This document shows, in pieces, positions 63,957-64,000 of a stretch of DNA of 64,000 bases (position 1 is its first letter; each line of letters starts with the position of its first letter). The notes under the pieces are model-generated. The model was not told the origin of the DNA. It did not search any database and saw nothing but the letters and a program-made list of their open reading frames with translations. The DNA lies in assembly GCA_963742735.1 (NCBI GenBank), contig CAVUMN010000003.1, positions 384,001 through 448,000 of the forward strand, read 5' to 3'. Origin of the DNA: an uncultured Actinomycetes bacterium. GTDB taxonomy: Bacteria; Actinomycetota; UBA4738; JBBDTT01. The position numbers were made by a program, and so were the translations under genes.

Positions 63957-64000
63957 ATGGGCGCCAAGCTTCGGGTCATCCGGCGGCGGATCAAGACCGT
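63957..64000 (+). CDS. atpG: F0F1 ATP synthase subunit gamma, 5' fragment
   Basis: MGAKLRVIRRRIKT directly after atpA; truncated by the window edge. Confidence 0.85.
   Translation, partial: MGAKLRVIRRRIKT

Overview
High-GC window from an Actinomycetota-like genome (taxon inferred from gene content and style, not from a search). No mobile element, CRISPR array or rRNA is visible. 1-29 kb is accessory metabolism: acyl-CoA dehydrogenase/MaoC, UdgB, ABC exporters, pgi-pgl, etfBA, a sigma-70 paralogue, a GMC flavoprotein pair and an ABC-F. 29-64 kb follows the conserved backbone tRNA-Arg(CCG)-argS-lysA-hom-thrC-thrB ... tal-rho ... rpmE-prfA-prmC-sua5-LMW phosphatase-rpiB-glyA-wecA-atp operon. 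The main finding is an apparent operon between thrB and rho: a CpdA-like metallophosphoesterase, cyclic 2,3-diphosphoglycerate synthetase (cpgS) and 2-phosphoglycerate kinase. This is the cDPG pathway characterised in methanogenic archaea, plus a candidate cDPG hydrolase, flanked by an RCK/TrkA K+-channel-like gene and a glycogen-debranching-like gene. Other oddities are a LysA-GNAT fusion, a PGM1-like ATP-grasp ligase coupled to an Ntn amidohydrolase, two convergent truncated NarL-type receiver domains joined at one GAGCTC, a perfect Rex box before the atp promoter, an acidic AtpA tail and many leaderless-type promoters. Caveat: genes at about 33.2-38.7 kb, 41.7-47.1 kb and 51.26 kb carry many small frameshifts that look like assembly errors, so coordinates and fusions there are approximate. 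All family calls come from motif recognition by eye.
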